A DNA stretch of 64,000 nucleotides from Deltaproteobacteria bacterium. GTDB lineage: Bacteria > Myxococcota_A > Polyangia > DRWM01 > JAAZOP01. The stretch is taken from the NCBI GenBank assembly GCA_016218765.1, contig JACRCZ010000144.1:43269-107268 (forward strand), in the 5' to 3' direction. Within the stretch, counting starts at the first letter, position 1; the number at the start of each line of letters is the position of its first letter. Both the position numbers and the translations under genes were made by a program. Below, piece by piece: positions 45,680 through 54,115 of this stretch. Under the pieces are notes generated by a model that did not search any database, was not told where the DNA came from, and was given only the letters and a program-made list of their open reading frames with translations.

Positions 45680-48055
45680 ATGGCCTTCCTGTGGATCACC
45701 AATCGAGGACAACAGGCGGGGGAAGGACGGCGCTGGGAACTCACGCGCGAACGCATGTTCCTCGGCCGCAGCCCCGACAACGACATCGTCATCGAGGCCG
45801 AAGGCGTCTCGCGACGTCACGCGCAGCTCGCACGCACCCCGCAAGGCTGGGTCCTGAGCGACCTCGGCAGCGCGAACGGCTCGTGGATCGGCACGCAGCG
45901 CGTCGGCAACGTGCTCCTCTCCGACGGCCTCTCCGTACGCCTGGGCGAAGCACTCGTCACCTTCCGCGACCTCGCCGCAGGACCGACCACCTTCGTCCCC
46001 GCTCCCGCCGCCCCGCCCGCGACCGCCCCGGGAGCCCCCCCGAGCGCCCCCGCACGGAGCCCGGGCCCGCGCCCCGCCGCACGACCGGGACTCTCGCCCG
46101 CGGCCATCTGGGCCATCGCCTTCGGCGTGCTGGCTCTCGCCGCCGGCGCCGTGCTGCTCGCCTACCTCGTCGAGCGCGACCGGGAAACCGACGAACTCGC
46201 CGCCGCGGGGGCCGGCGAGCTGCCGGAACCGCTCCGCGGCCTGGGCCCGCTCGCCCAGCTCACGGGAACGAAAGCGGAAGGCGAGCTCGCGACCGGAGGA
46301 AGCGACGTCGCGCTCGGCGACGGCGCAAGCCTCGTCGCCGCGGCAGGCGCGCTCCCGCGCCCGGTCCGCGTCTCCGTGCGCCGCATCGACCTCGCCCTGG
46401 ACGTGCTCGACGTCGGCATCCGCCGCTCCTGGGCCTACGACCTGCGCACGGACGCCGACGTCGAATCGTTCGGCGCACCCGTGGCCATCGAGATCCCTCG
46501 CCCGGCCGAGTTCATCGCGGCCGCGTTCTGGGACGGACACGCCTGGCACCTCTCGGCCGTCGAACGCGGTCCGGACGGCAACGCTCGAATCCTCGTCGCC
46601 CACTTCTCGAACCCGCTGTTCGCCATCCTGGAATTCTTCGAGCGAATCTCGGCGCGCACGCAACGCACCAACCAGGCCATCCTCGGCGAGGACTCGCCGG
46701 AGTCCAAACTGCGCCAGACGATCGATCGACACGGATCCCCGGGAGCCCGCACCTTCGGCGGCGTCGGCGAGACGCTCTCCGGACGGACGCACGCGCAGCT
46801 CTGCGACGAGATCGCAGGCGTCATCCGCTCCTTCCCGGGCGTCCGCACCTCCTTCCCCTGGAGCTCGCACTTCACCAACAACCAGCTCCGCGACTTCCTC
46901 CAGGGCGGCGACTCGCCCTCCGTGGCGGGCGGCTACTTCTGGGACCTGACCAAGGACCGCATGGACGGCATCCGGCAAGGACTCCTCGCCTCGCCGGGAC
47001 AGGTCACCCCGGGCCAGTTCCTCGGAATCTGCCTGCGCGAGTGCAACGGCAACGTCAACCTCGCTGTGCTCGCGTGCCACAACTTCCTCAAGGAAGTCAC
47101 CCACCAGGGACGCTACCAGGGACTGAACGTCAGCGAGGAGTGGGCCGCACCCGTCGCGAAACTCCTCACCTGGCGGACCGAGGACGTCAGCCCGGCAGGC
47201 CACTACGACAAGATGGGCCCCCTCTACCACCTGTTCGCCGCCATGACCGCCGGTGTCTGGTTCAACGGCCTGAGCGCCGGAGGATACGCCGCCGCAACCG
47301 CCGAAGCACTGCTGCGGACCTTCAGCCACGGAGGCGACCGGCCCGACCCGGAAAAAGGACAAGCCGACGCCTGCGGCGCCACCATCGCAACCCTCGTACG
47401 CGCCCAGGCCCTGGGCCTCGGCACCACACCACCGTCGCCTCCCGCGCCGCTGCCCGCCGAAGACGCGGGGACGCCCCCGCCCCCTCCGGACGCCGGCTCG
47501 GAAGACGGCTCCGAAGGCTTCGAGGCGGAACAGACCGAGCCGGATGCCGTGGACGTCGAAGACCTCGAGGACGAGCCGGAGGACGTCGACGACGAAGAAG
47601 AGGAAGGCGAGGACGGGAATCCGTTCGACGCGGAACCGGCTCCGGCGACCGAACACCAGGAATGGGTCGGGCGATGGCGCGGTGAGGCCCGGGCGAGCAT
47701 CGACATCGACGGCCTCGCCGTCGTGGACCGGCAGCCGCTGGATCTCACCCTCACCCGACTCGACGAGACCACCGTGCGACTCTCCGACGGCGCCAAGACG
47801 CTCGACATGCGCCTGTCCGCCACCAACCCGAACGTCTCGTTCGGCCGCAACGAGATTCCGATTCCCATGCTCGGCGGGATGATCGGCGAAGGACACATGG
47901 TCTACGAGGCGACGGCCTTCCTGCGCGACGGCCGCCTCTACTTCGCGTTCCGCTCGGTCGCGACCGCGACCGGACATCTCCCGATCCCCGACGCGCCGGA
48001 CGTCACCTCGACCACCACCATCGACGCCCTCGCCATCCTCTCCCGCGTGCCGTAG
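45680..48055 (+). CDS. FHA-domain single-pass membrane protein with large uncharacterised ectodomain
   Basis: ATG 45680. FHA core FLGRSPDNDIVIEAEGVSRRHAQL..LSDLGSANGSWI. TM helix AAIWAIAFGVLALAAGAVLLAYL. About 560 aa after the TM, including an acidic linker. Confidence 0.8.
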   Translation: MAFLWITNRGQQAGEGRRWELTRERMFLGRSPDNDIVIEAEGVSRRHAQLARTPQGWVLSDLGSANGSWIGTQRVGNVLLSDGLSVRLGEALVTFRDLAAGPTTFVPAPAAPPATAPGAPPSAPARSPGPRPAARPGLSPAAIWAIAFGVLALAAGAVLLAYLVERDRETDELAAAGAGELPEPLRGLGPLAQLTGTKAEGELATGGSDVALGDGASLVAAAGALPRPVRVSVRRIDLALDVLDVGIRRSWAYDLRTDADVESFGAPVAIEIPRPAEFIAAAFWDGHAWHLSAVERGPDGNARILVAHFSNPLFAILEFFERISARTQRTNQAILGEDSPESKLRQTIDRHGSPGARTFGGVGETLSGRTHAQLCDEIAGVIRSFPGVRTSFPWSSHFTNNQLRDFLQGGDSPSVAGGYFWDLTKDRMDGIRQGLLASPGQVTPGQFLGICLRECNGNVNLAVLACHNFLKEVTHQGRYQGLNVSEEWAAPVAKLLTWRTEDVSPAGHYDKMGPLYHLFAAMTAGVWFNGLSAGGYAAATAEALLRTFSHGGDRPDPEKGQADACGATIATLVRAQALGLGTTPPSPPAPLPAEDAGTPPPPPDAGSEDGSEGFEAEQTEPDAVDVEDLEDEPEDVDDEEEEGEDGNPFDAEPAPATEHQEWVGRWRGEARASIDIDGLAVVDRQPLDLTLTRLDETTVRLSDGAKTLDMRLSATNPNVSFGRNEIPIPMLGGMIGEGHMVYEATAFLRDGRLYFAFRSVATATGHLPIPDAPDVTSTTTIDALAILSRVP

Positions 48056-48078
48056 GTACAGCGCCCCAGTATTCAGCG

Positions 48079-48167
48079 AGCACCCCCCGCAACCGAACCG
48101 CGCCCTTCAGGGCGCGGCCAGCCGCGGGCTGAAGCCCGCGGTTCTGGTCCGGAACTTGCGGGGTGCT
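48079..48167. other. Nested palindromic element: outer 12-bp stem enclosing two 8-bp GC hairpins
   Basis: Outer stem AGCACCCC(C)GCAA / TTGCGGGGTGCT. Hairpin 1 is CCGCGCCC-ttca-GGGCGCGG (48098-48117). Hairpin 2 is CCGCGGGC-tgaa-GCCCGCGG (48122-48141). Confidence 0.8.
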
Positions 48168-48211
48168 GTAGCAAGAGGAAGGTCTGCGGACTTGCGCTAT
48201 GCTGTCGGGTC

Positions 48212-49249
48212 GTGCGGACCCCGCTCGCGATGGCCATGGTCGGTCTGGTCGGCGTCTCCCCGGCCGCGGGCCAACCTGCGCCCACGCCGGCGGCCGAGTC
48301 GACCGAGTCGCTCGCACCCGTCGTGTGCGTCCAGGGCGACGACCCGGCAGGCGTCGCGGAGCTCGTCGCCGGACTGGCCGCGCGAGGAATGCCGGCCGCG
48401 CCTTGTCCGGATGATCCGGGAGAAGCCTGGGTGGTCGCCGTCCAGGGGCTGGCCTCGGGCCGCATCTCCGTCGAAGTGCGCTCGCCCGGAACCCTCTCGT
48501 GGCGGCCGGAAGTCGACCTCGATCCCGCCGCCGGGACGGCCGAACGGGCACGCGCCGCCGCCGTCACCGCGGCCGCCCTCCTGCGCCTCGTCTTCGACTC
48601 GCACCCGTCGCCCGCACTCGCCGTGACGCCCCCCGCGGAGCCGCCCCCGGCGGAACCCGCCCCGACGCCCCCGCCGGTCGCGGAAACGGCGCCGCAGACG
48701 GAACCGACGGCCGCCGCGGCCGAGCCGGACCAGCCGCCCGAGCGGTCGGCGTGGACCTGGGTCGTCGGAATCGCCGTGGGGGCGGAAGGCGACATCGGAG
48801 GATCGTCGGCGCGACGCGGGACCGGGTTCGACCTGGGCCTGCGGGTCGAGGCGATCCACGAGGCCGGGGTGTGGCTGACGGGCCAGTTCGACTGGACCAT
48901 CACCTGGGCCGACCGCGGCGAGACGCTGCTCCTGGAAACGGGAACCCCTCGGCTGCTCGCCGGCGCGACGCTGGGCACCGCGGTGTGGGCCGTCCGCCTG
49001 GGGCTGGGCGGCGCGTTCCAGGGCTGGTGGACCGCCGGCGGGACCGCGCCCTCCGGATGGCGCCTCGGCACGGCCCTGGCCGCCTCCTTCCGCTGGCAGG
49101 CGTTATCTTGGCTGGCTGTGGGAGGGGAGGCGGGTGTGGACGTGTACCGTACCCGGGTCGAGGTCGACTTCGGCGGCGAGCCCGTCTTCGGACTCGACCA
49201 CTGGCGGTGGCGCGCGGGGGCATGGCTGGGAGGCACCTTCGGCTCGTGA
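48212..49249 (+). CDS. Hypothetical secreted protein, possible outer-membrane beta-barrel
   Basis: GTG start and a short signal-like N-terminus. The C-terminal 170 aa has alternating aromatic/Gly-rich strands ending in ..AWLGGTFGS. No family recognised. Confidence 0.5.
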   Translation: MRTPLAMAMVGLVGVSPAAGQPAPTPAAESTESLAPVVCVQGDDPAGVAELVAGLAARGMPAAPCPDDPGEAWVVAVQGLASGRISVEVRSPGTLSWRPEVDLDPAAGTAERARAAAVTAAALLRLVFDSHPSPALAVTPPAEPPPAEPAPTPPPVAETAPQTEPTAAAAEPDQPPERSAWTWVVGIAVGAEGDIGGSSARRGTGFDLGLRVEAIHEAGVWLTGQFDWTITWADRGETLLLETGTPRLLAGATLGTAVWAVRLGLGGAFQGWWTAGGTAPSGWRLGTALAASFRWQALSWLAVGGEAGVDVYRTRVEVDFGGEPVFGLDHWRWRAGAWLGGTFGS

Positions 49250-49305
49250 CGGCGGCTCAGGCTTGGGGCCCCGCGGGCAACTACCATCGGGGGGAATGGT
49301 GCGCG

Positions 49306-49941
49306 ATGACGTCGAACGACCGGCTGAAACTCGTAACGACCGACCGCGGGATGCCGGCGTGCGGCCCCGAGGATGCGGCCGGGACGCCGAACCCGGCCCG
49401 CGAGGTCGGGGGCGAAGCCGGCGAGCAGATCGCCGCCCATGTGCCCTCGCTCTTCGCCTGCGTCCGCGCGCTCGCGGGCGACCGGAGCGCGGTCGACGAC
49501 ATCGTCCACGAAACCGTCGTCCAGGCCCTGGAGGGATGGCGAAGGTACGACGCGACCCGCGACCTGGGAGCCTGGCTGCGCGGAATTGCCGTCCACCTCG
49601 TGCGCCGCCACTGGCGCAAGATCCGCCGCGGGCGGGCCGCCATCGTCTCCCTCACCGAAACGTACGGCGACCGGGACACCGGCCCCCAGGACCCGGAAGG
49701 GGAGGCCGCCGGACGCCAGGAAGCCCGACGAATGCTGGCGGCGCTCGATCGCCTGTCGCCGAACCTCCGCGAAGCGTTCGTCCTCCGGGTCGTGGAGGGA
49801 CTGTCCGGGGAAGAGGTGGCACGGGTCCTCAAAACCTCCCCGGCCGCGGTCCACACCCGAGTGTGCAAGGCCCGCGCCATCCTGCTCGAGGCGATCGGCG
49901 ACGCCGGCAGCCGCGGCGAAAAGGGGTGCGATCATGACTGA
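49306..49941 (+). CDS. ECF-type RNA polymerase sigma-70 family factor
   Basis: Region 2 (DDIVHETVVQAL..Y..LGAWLRGIAVHLVRRHWRK) and region 4 (LSPNLREAFVLRVVEGLSGEEVARVLKTSPAAVHTRVCKAR). Confidence 0.85.
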   Translation: MTSNDRLKLVTTDRGMPACGPEDAAGTPNPAREVGGEAGEQIAAHVPSLFACVRALAGDRSAVDDIVHETVVQALEGWRRYDATRDLGAWLRGIAVHLVRRHWRKIRRGRAAIVSLTETYGDRDTGPQDPEGEAAGRQEARRMLAALDRLSPNLREAFVLRVVEGLSGEEVARVLKTSPAAVHTRVCKARAILLEAIGDAGSRGEKGCDHD

Positions 49942-51232
49942 ACACGGCGGCCGGGAACGTCCACCGGACGACTTGGACCGCGTGGCGCGCGAGCTGCGGG
50001 GAATCCTGCGGGCCGATGCCGCCGGCGCGGAGCTGGACTGGACGCGAATCGCCCTGCTGCGCGCGGAACGCCGGCGGCGCCGCAGCCGCCGGATCGCCGC
50101 GACCGCGGGCCTGGCTACGGCCGCGTCGCTCGCCGCAGCGCTCGTCGTCTGGCAGCTCCTCCCGCCGGCCTCCGGCGAGGGCAGGGGAACCCCGGCGCCC
50201 ATGCCGGGCGCGGGCCGCACCGCCGCCGCGCCCGCGGGACCCGGGTGGCAACTACTGCACGAGGCGGGGGACTCGCGGGTCGTCGCGGCTCCCGGGACAA
50301 AGGCGGTGTGGGACGGCCTCGACGAGGTGACGCTGGAAACAGGCCGCGTCGCCGTCCGCTTCCGGCGCGACCGGGGGCTCGCGGCCTCGACCACCTTGTG
50401 CGTGCGGGCCGCCGACCTGCGCGCCTGCGCGCACGGCACCATGTTCGAGGTCGAAGCTCCGGAAGCCACCGGCCGGGAAACCACCGTGACCGTCGTCGAG
50501 GGCGTCGTGCGGGTCGAACGGACGGGGAAGCCGCCCATCGATGTCGGCGCCGGCCGGCGTCTCGCGGCGTCGGCGAACGAGCCGGTCCCGATCGCGGACG
50601 GGGAACTCGCCGCCGTGGCGGCCGCGCTGGGCCTGCCGCCGCCCGCCGCGCCCGCGGGGCCGGACGGGCCGGCGAACCCGGCACCGCGGGAGCCGGTCGA
50701 GGCGCCGGGCCCGGTCGCAGCGGGCGAGGGGCCGGCGAGCGTCACGGCACCGCCGGAACCGGCACCGGCGACCGCAGGGGGCGACGCCGGAACTCATCCG
50801 CCCGGGAACTCCGGCGCCGCACCCGGCACGCGCGATGACCTGGATACGCTCTACCGGGCGGCCGAACGCGCACTCGCCGAGGGACGTCCGGACGACGCGG
50901 TGGACCTGCTGCGCCGGATCGCCGACGCCGGCCCGGAAACGGCCGTCGGCGGACGAGCCATGATCGACATCGGCGAAACCCTGCTCCGGGGAGGACGACC
51001 GGCCGAGGCGCGCCGGGCCTTCGAGCGGTACCTCGCCGCGCACCCGCGGGGCGGAATGAGGGGCGAGGCCCGGATCCGCGTCTGCCGGATCGATGCCGCC
51101 GCCGGTCGCCTGGCCGACGCGCTGGCATGCTATGCTTCGTACCTCGCCGAGTTCCCGGCGGGACTGTTCGCCTCGGAGGCCCGCCAGGCGACCGGAGAAG
51201 CGGACCGGACGGGCGAGCGCGGGGAGCCATGA
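49934..51232 (+). CDS. Anti-sigma factor, FecR-like, with C-terminal TPR-like region
   Basis: Overlaps the sigma gene by 8 nt. Single TM helix (ATAASLAAALVVWQLL). FecR-like beta region (..VRFRRD..TMFEVEA..VTVVEGVVRVE). Confidence 0.7.
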   Translation: MTEHGGRERPPDDLDRVARELRGILRADAAGAELDWTRIALLRAERRRRRSRRIAATAGLATAASLAAALVVWQLLPPASGEGRGTPAPMPGAGRTAAAPAGPGWQLLHEAGDSRVVAAPGTKAVWDGLDEVTLETGRVAVRFRRDRGLAASTTLCVRAADLRACAHGTMFEVEAPEATGRETTVTVVEGVVRVERTGKPPIDVGAGRRLAASANEPVPIADGELAAVAAALGLPPPAAPAGPDGPANPAPREPVEAPGPVAAGEGPASVTAPPEPAPATAGGDAGTHPPGNSGAAPGTRDDLDTLYRAAERALAEGRPDDAVDLLRRIADAGPETAVGGRAMIDIGETLLRGGRPAEARRAFERYLAAHPRGGMRGEARIRVCRIDAAAGRLADALACYASYLAEFPAGLFASEARQATGEADRTGERGEP

Positions 51233-51666
51233 CGCATACGGTGCCGGCCGTCGTACGTCGAGGATCACACGCTCCGGCCGTGGCGCTCGTCGCCTCGCTG
51301 ATCCTGCCGCTCGTCGCCGGCTGCAGGGTCGAACACTACGACTTCCTCGAGGACGACGGGTGGGCGGACACGGACGGTGAGGCCGTCGATGACGCCGGCG
51401 ATTCCGAGGACATCGCGGCGGAGGGCGACCTCGAGGACGGCGGAGACGAGGACGAAGACGAGCTCGAGGATGCGTCCGTCGCGTGCATCGCGGACGAGGA
51501 CGCCGGCGACGCCGCGGGCGGATGCCCTTCCGGACTGGCCTGCTGCGACGACGAAGGCGAGGGGCTGTGCGTCGAGCTGATGACGGATCCGCGCCACTGC
51601 GGCGAGTGCGGCGTCGAATGCGACGCGGACGAGGAATGCATCGACGGCGGGTGTCGCCCTCCGTAA
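51229..51666 (+). CDS. Acidic lipoprotein ending in one Stig1-like Cys-rich repeat
   Basis: ATGA overlap with the anti-sigma gene. Lipobox LVAGC. C-terminal CPSGLACC..DPRHCGECGVECDADEECIDGGC. Confidence 0.7.
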   Translation: MTHTVPAVVRRGSHAPAVALVASLILPLVAGCRVEHYDFLEDDGWADTDGEAVDDAGDSEDIAAEGDLEDGGDEDEDELEDASVACIADEDAGDAAGGCPSGLACCDDEGEGLCVELMTDPRHCGECGVECDADEECIDGGCRPP

Positions 51667-51765
51667 CCGACTCAGAAACGACTTCCCACGGGCAACAACC
51701 GGAAGGGCCGCCGCGCCAACGCGGGCCGACGAAGGCCCCCGGCGTGGCCCCAAAGGGAGGTCGGC

Positions 51766-54096
51766 ATGGGTTCGTCTCGCTGGTTCGGGATCCTGACTCT
51801 GGGTCTGTTCGCCGCCGCGGGCTGCGGGGGCTCCGATTCCTCGGGAAACGCGGACTCCGACGTGGACGCGACCGACTACGTCGAGGGCGGAGGCGACCGG
51901 CCCGACGCGGACCCGGACGCCGACGGCGGCGACGCGGCCTGCCCCACCCCGGGCGAGATCTCCTGCGACGGGGCGTGCGTCGACCCGGCGGCGGATCCCC
52001 TGAACTGCGGAGGCTGCGGCGTCGCGTGCGGCGCGGCCGCGATCTGCGCCGACGGCGTCTGTACCGCCTGCGGCGACTTCGAGCTCGCCTGCGACAACTC
52101 GTGCGTCTCCTACCTGGACGACGCGGCGCACTGCGGAGCCTGCGACGTCGCCTGCCCCGTCGGGGCCTCGTGCACCGGCGGGATGTGCGCGTGCCCGGCC
52201 GGCGAGATCAACTGCGGCGACGTGTGCGCCGACGTGACCACCGATCCCGCGAACTGCGGCGCGTGCGCCCTGGCCTGCCCGTCGGGGGCCGAGTGCATCT
52301 CCGGCGGCTGCTCCTGCGCCGCGGGCCTGATCGCCTGCGGCTCGGAGTGCACCGACGTGTCGAGCGACGCCGCGAACTGCGGCGCCTGCGGCACGGCCTG
52401 CCCGCCCACCGCCACCTGCGACGCCGGGCTGTGCGTCTGTCCCGCCGGCCTCGTGAACTGCGGCGACGCCTGCGCCGATCTGTCGGCCGACCCCGCGAAC
52501 TGCGGACTCTGCAACAACGCCTGCCTCGTCGGCACCTCGTGCGTCTCGGGCGGCTGCACCGACTGCCCCACAGGCACCGTCAACTGCGGCGGCGTCTGCG
52601 CCGACCTCGACTCCAACCCCGCGAACTGCGGCGCCTGCGGCCGCACCTGCCCCGACGGAGCGACCTGCACCGCGGGATTGTGCGAGTGCCCCGCCGGCGA
52701 AGTCGCGTGCACCGACGTCTGTGCCGACCTGTCGTCCGACCCCGGGCACTGCGGCACCTGCACCCGCACCTGCGCCACCGGTGCGACGTGCGTCTCCGGC
52801 GCCTGCGAATGCCCCGCCACCGCCCCCGATGTCTGCGGCGGCGCCTGCGTCGACCGCCAGGCCGATCCCGCCAACTGCGGCACCTGCGGCCATGCCTGCC
52901 CGGCAGGCGCGAACTGCATCACCGGCATGTGCGAATGCCCCACGGGCGAGGTCGCCTGCACGGACGTCTGCTCCGACCTCTCCGCCGACCCCGCCCACTG
53001 CGGAAGCTGCGCGCGAAGCTGCGCCACCGGCCAGACCTGCGTCTCCGGCGCCTGCACCGCCTGCCCCGCGGGCGAAGTCGTCTGCGGCGGCGCCTGCACC
53101 AACATCTCCACCAGCACCGCACACTGCGGGACGTGCGGCAACTCCTGCCCGTCCGGCGCCACCTGCGCCGCCGGGACCTGCGTCTGCCCCTCGGGCCTCA
53201 TCGACTGCGGAGCCGCGTGCGAGGACCTCTCGCTCAGCTTGACCAGCTGCGGCGCCTGCGGCAACGCCTGCCCCGCCGGCGCCTCGTGCGTCTCCGGCGT
53301 CTGCCAGTGCCCCGCCGGCCAGGTCAACTGTGGCGGACGCTGCGCCGACCTCTCCGTCGACCCGACCTCCTGCGGCGCCTGCGGCCGCAACTGCCCCTCC
53401 GGCGCCACCTGCGTCTCCGGCGTCTGCCAGTGCCCCGCAGGCCTCATCGCCTGCGGCGGAAACTGCGTCGATGTCTCCTCCGACCTCGGCAACTGCGGCG
53501 CCTGCGGCAACCGCTGCGACCCGTCCTTCGGCTCCTGCACCAGCGGCGTCTGCGGCTGCGGCACCAGCGGCTTCCTGGCCTGCGGCACCTCCCACACCTG
53601 CCGCGCCACCTTCGACGACCCCTCCAACTGCGGGACCTGCGGCAACCGCTGCAACGACTGGCAGTACTGCCTCGACGGCGCCTGCACCTGCCGCCCGGGC
53701 CTCACGAGCTGCGGAGGCCAGTGCGTCGACCTGTCGAGCGACGACCGCAACTGCGGAACCTGCGGCTTCGAATGCACCGGCACCGCGACCGGAGGCGACC
53801 AGTGCGCCGCCGGTACCTGCATCGCAAGCTGCCCCTCCGGCACCGATAACTGCGACCCCAACGGCGATACCTGCGTCGCCGTCGCCTCGTTCCCCACCAA
53901 CCCCCTGCACTGCGACGGGTGCAACAACGTCTGCGCACGCGATGAGGTGTGCAGCGATCGCAACTGCGAGCAGTTCACCATCGGGCGAATGTGCACGAGC
54001 TGCCCGTGCCTCGACTGCGGCAGCCGGGAATGCTGCCTCTACCCCGGCACCACGGACGTCGTCGTCTGCCTCGACCCGGGCACCGCCTGCCCCTAG
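51766..54096 (+). CDS. Lipoprotein made of ~16 tandem Stig1-like Cys-rich repeats
   Basis: Lipobox FAAAGC. The repeated ~38-aa unit is CPxGxxxCGxxCxDLxxDPxNCGxCGxxCPxGxxCxxGxC. All other frames are shadow ORFs. Confidence 0.85.
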   Translation: MGSSRWFGILTLGLFAAAGCGGSDSSGNADSDVDATDYVEGGGDRPDADPDADGGDAACPTPGEISCDGACVDPAADPLNCGGCGVACGAAAICADGVCTACGDFELACDNSCVSYLDDAAHCGACDVACPVGASCTGGMCACPAGEINCGDVCADVTTDPANCGACALACPSGAECISGGCSCAAGLIACGSECTDVSSDAANCGACGTACPPTATCDAGLCVCPAGLVNCGDACADLSADPANCGLCNNACLVGTSCVSGGCTDCPTGTVNCGGVCADLDSNPANCGACGRTCPDGATCTAGLCECPAGEVACTDVCADLSSDPGHCGTCTRTCATGATCVSGACECPATAPDVCGGACVDRQADPANCGTCGHACPAGANCITGMCECPTGEVACTDVCSDLSADPAHCGSCARSCATGQTCVSGACTACPAGEVVCGGACTNISTSTAHCGTCGNSCPSGATCAAGTCVCPSGLIDCGAACEDLSLSLTSCGACGNACPAGASCVSGVCQCPAGQVNCGGRCADLSVDPTSCGACGRNCPSGATCVSGVCQCPAGLIACGGNCVDVSSDLGNCGACGNRCDPSFGSCTSGVCGCGTSGFLACGTSHTCRATFDDPSNCGTCGNRCNDWQYCLDGACTCRPGLTSCGGQCVDLSSDDRNCGTCGFECTGTATGGDQCAAGTCIASCPSGTDNCDPNGDTCVAVASFPTNPLHCDGCNNVCARDEVCSDRNCEQFTIGRMCTSCPCLDCGSRECCLYPGTTDVVVCLDPGTACP

Positions 54097-54115
54097 CTCG
54101 CCCCACGCTCACGGC

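Noticed and set aside
48079-48167. Cloverleaf-like palindrome as a tRNA or tmRNA
   Set aside because: It has only two internal hairpins, no conserved D or T-loop sequences, a 12-bp outer stem and no CCA context. This is inconsistent with a tRNA.
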